The notes under the pieces were generated by a model, which did not search any database, was not told the origin of the DNA, and worked only from the letters and a program-made list of their open reading frames with translations. A stretch of DNA of 64,000 nt. Origin: Macrostomum lignano (taxonomy: Eukaryota). Where the stretch lies: assembly GCA_002269645.1 (NCBI GenBank), contig NIVC01000343.1:171218-235217 (forward strand), written 5' to 3'. A program made the translations under genes and the position numbers. This document shows positions 61,081 to 64,000 of this stretch, one piece after another. Each line of letters opens with the position of its first letter. Position 1 is the stretch's first letter.

Positions 61081-61362
61081 TTCCCGAAATCTCACCCGGA
61101 ACATTTTCACCCGGAACACTACTGAAATTCGGGTCTACACCCAGAATTCCATAGTGTTCCGGGTGAAAAATTCCGGAAAATCAGACCGGAACAGCTTTCC
61201 TTTTCCCGAAAATTTTCCGGATCATATTTCCGGATTTTTTTCCGGAACAAGGGGCTGTTCCGGGCCAAAAAAGCTGATCCGGGCCTTCACCCGGAAATCA
61301 ATTAAAAATCGGGCCCGGATCACAAAATTCCGGAAAAAATTCCGGGTGAAACGTTCGACGGG

Positions 61363-61735
61363 TGTCTTAGTGTTTGTCTGCTGATCTTCCTGTCTGTCTG
61401 TCTGTCTGTCTGTCTTCCTGTCTGTTGTCTGTCTGTCTGTCTTCCTGTCTGTCTGTCTGTCTGTCTGTCTTAGTGTTTGTCTGCTGATCTTCCTGTCTGT
61501 CTGTCTGTCTGTCTGTCTTCCTGTCTGTTGTCTGTCTGTCTGTCTTCCTGTCTGTCTGTCTGTCTGTCTGTCTTAGTGTTTGTCTGCTGATCTTCCTGTC
61601 TGTCTGTCTGTCTTCCTGTCTGTCTGTCTGTCTTCCTGTATGTCTGTCTGTCTGTCTTAGTGTTTGTCTGCTGATCTTCCTGTCTGTCTGTCTGTCTTCC
61701 TGTCTGTCTGTCTGTCTGTCCGTCCGTCCGTCTAT
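61363..61735. repeat. (CTGT)n-based compound microsatellite
   Basis: Direct inspection, with recurring TTAGTGTTTGTCTGCTGATCTTC interruptions. Confidence 0.95.
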
Positions 61736-61789
61736 CTGCCCGGCTATCTGTTCGCACATTGACACCCGGCTTTCAGCTATGAATTGGAA

Positions 61790-62633
61790 TCAGTTCCCAG
61801 CGGCGGTGGCAGACGCGGACACAATCAGCGCGGCCAGGCGAGCGCAGAACAAATCGCAATCCTCGCCGCACTCGTCAATCAAACGGCGAGGCGCATCGCC
61901 GAGTCGAACGGCGGCGTCGCCGTCTGTCAATAGCAGCGAGTCGGGTGACGTCCGGCCGACTGCCCAGAGCTCGGCGGCCAGCTGGTCCCGAAGCCGGTCG
62001 TGGCCGCCGTCAAGCAGAGCGTCGATCAGCAGGCGGGCCAGGCGCGGCAGCAGGCGCTGGCGGACAGCCGGCCGATCGTGCAGGCGACGGCGCTCGCGCA
62101 GCGATCGGAACAGGCCGAGCGCCAGCTGGCAGGTGGCCGGGTGCGGATCGGACAGGCCGGCGCACAGGCAGTCCAGCAGGCCGAACAGCTCCTCGGGTGG
62201 CGGCGGCTCGCTGGCTGACTGCTCCTGCTGCTGCTGCTGCAGAAGTACAAAAAGTGCACAAGAAAGTGTCAGTACATAATGCGATTCCCACCCGTGAGGG
62301 CCAACCTCCATAGCACAGAGGATGTACATGCCAAACGATTAGAAAGTCAAAGAATCATTCAGGTACACCCTGTGTGAGCGCGTGTACAAGTGCGTGCCTG
62401 CGTACAGTATTGGCGCGCTTGCGTGTGCTCAGGAGTCAGCGGGATGTGCAGAACTGCCGTCAGCGCGCAGCCTCACTGCGAATACTGATTTTCTATCAAG
62501 TTAAGATGCCGCATATAAAACTGGAGCATGGCTACCTCATTATTAAACTATCAAGCGAAGAAGCCTAAAAATTATTTATTGTATTCTTTGTAAGCTTGTA
62601 CTGCAGTACAAGAGGATTTTAAATTTTACACAA

Positions 62634-62674
<41 letters not shown>

Positions 62675-62693
62675 GGCAGACAGACAAACAGAA

Positions 62694-62738
<45 letters not shown>

Positions 62739-62813
62739 GGCAGACAGACAAACAGAAAGACAGACAGACAGACAGACAGACAGACAGGCAGGCAGACAGA
62801 CAGACAGACAGGC

Positions 62814-62878
<65 letters not shown>

Positions 62879-62897
62879 GGCAGACAGACAAACAGAA

Positions 62898-62938
<41 letters not shown>

Positions 62939-63345
62939 GGCAGACAGACAAACAGAAAGACAGACAGACAGACAGACAGACAGACAGGCAGGCAGACAGA
63001 CAGACAGACAGGCAGACAGACAGACAGACAGACAGACAGACAGGCAGGCAGGCAGGCAGGCAGACAGACAGACAGGCAGACAGATAGCTAGCTAGATAGA
63101 TACAAGTAGCTTAGGTCAGCCACAATATCAACACAAACCTCGCCACCCTCAGCCCGCTGCAGCTGCAGCAGGCGCCGCGAAGCCAGCGTTGATCCTCCGG
63201 CCGTGCCAGACGCCTCCAGCTGGAAGAACAGCGGCCAGTGTGACAGCAGACAGTCGTGCGCCAGGCTGAGCAGCTTGCAGCGCAGGTCCGGATCGCCGCT
63301 GGACCAGGCCGCCTGGCGCATCGGGCCGAGGGCCGCGCGGATCAC
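61790..63345 (-). CDS. XPO6: 3' end of an exportin-6-like gene (last two exons; gene continues beyond the window)
   Basis: Exons 63345-63139 and 62236-61790 are phase 0. DPDLRCKLLSLAHDCLLSHWPLFF..STLAS and LLDGGHDRLRDQL resemble the remembered human XPO6 C-terminus (SPDVKAELFELLFRTLHHNWRYFF..TVLAS; LVHKSHDLLQEEI). Recalled, not searched. Confidence 0.7.
62633..63085. repeat. (GACA)n compound microsatellite in the XPO6-like intron
   Basis: Direct inspection. Confidence 0.97.
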
Positions 63346-63464
63346 CTGAGAGAAATAACGGCTTGACTCATTAATCTCTGCTTTTAATTCGCTCTTTCAC
63401 CAGCATGAATGGATTCAATTTTTCCGATACATCCTAAATACTCCGTATGTTTATTTGCTACTCC

Positions 63465-64000
63465 CTGTCTTCATTCATTCCGCTACTGTCTGTCTTCATT
63501 CATTCCGCTACTGTCTGTCTTCATTCATTCCGCTACTGTCTGTCTTCATTCATTCCGCTACTGTCTGTCTTCATTCATTCCGCTACTGTCTGTCTTCATT
63601 CATTCCGCTACTGTCTGTCTTCATTCATTCCGCTACTGTCTGTCTTCATTCATTCCGCTACTGTCTGTCTTCATTCATTCCGCTACTGTCTGTCTTCATT
63701 CATTCCGCTACTGTCTGTCTTCATTCATTCCGCTACTGTCTGTCTTCATTCATTCCGCTACTGTCTGTCTTCATTCATTCCGCTACTGTCTGTCTTCATT
63801 CATTTCGCTACTGTCTGTCTTCATTCATTCCACTACTGTCTGTCTTCATTCATTTCGCTACTGTCTGTCTTTATTCATTCCGCTACTGTCTGTCTTCATT
63901 CATTCCGCTACTGTCTGTCTTCATTCATTCCGCTACTGTCTGTCTTCATTCATTCTGCTACTCCCTGTCTTCATTCATTCCGCTACTGTCTGTCTTCATT
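63465..64000. repeat. 25-bp minisatellite (CGCTACTGTCTGTCTTCATTCATTC), >20 copies, runs off the window
   Basis: Direct inspection. Confidence 0.97.

Larger units (their letters stand above)
57750..61362. mobile_element. TIR DNA transposon, CMC/EnSpm-like, probably non-autonomous, 3613 bp
   Basis: TIRs CCCGTCGAAC(T/G)TTTCACCCGGAATT (24/25 match). Flanked by TG on both sides (2-bp TSD-like). CCGG-rich subterminal arrays. Inserted in a (CTGT)n tract. Confidence 0.8.

Noticed and set aside
60431-61384. 317-aa repetitive ORF
   Set aside because: Translation of the 120-bp tandem array.

Overview
Eukaryotic, intron-containing, repeat-rich invertebrate DNA. The style suggests a free-living flatworm such as Macrostomum, but that is inference only. 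Host genes: (i) a cluster of four paralogues encoding signal peptide plus three Cys-containing, perforin-like C2 domains, with no MACPF domain. Three are on + (one has an in-frame TAG) and one divergent copy is on -. All share the same six core exons and only phase-1 introns. (ii) A two-exon DEG/ENaC channel subunit. (iii) The last two exons of an exportin-6-like gene. Mobile DNA: three young, full-length Ty3/gypsy LTR retrotransposons with intact ORFs and target-site duplications (TSDs), a decayed mariner, a CMC/EnSpm-like TIR element, RTE and RNase H-bearing LINE relics, three tRNA-derived SINEs and several satellites. The two most notable observations are a 10-kb gypsy element (34668-44713) carrying an intact third ORF with a DnaJ/Hsp40 J-domain in the usual env position, and the secreted triple-C2 family with diversified Ca/lipid-binding loops. 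A local inversion splitting an LTR can be reconstructed from a TSD. All calls were made by eye with no database searches.
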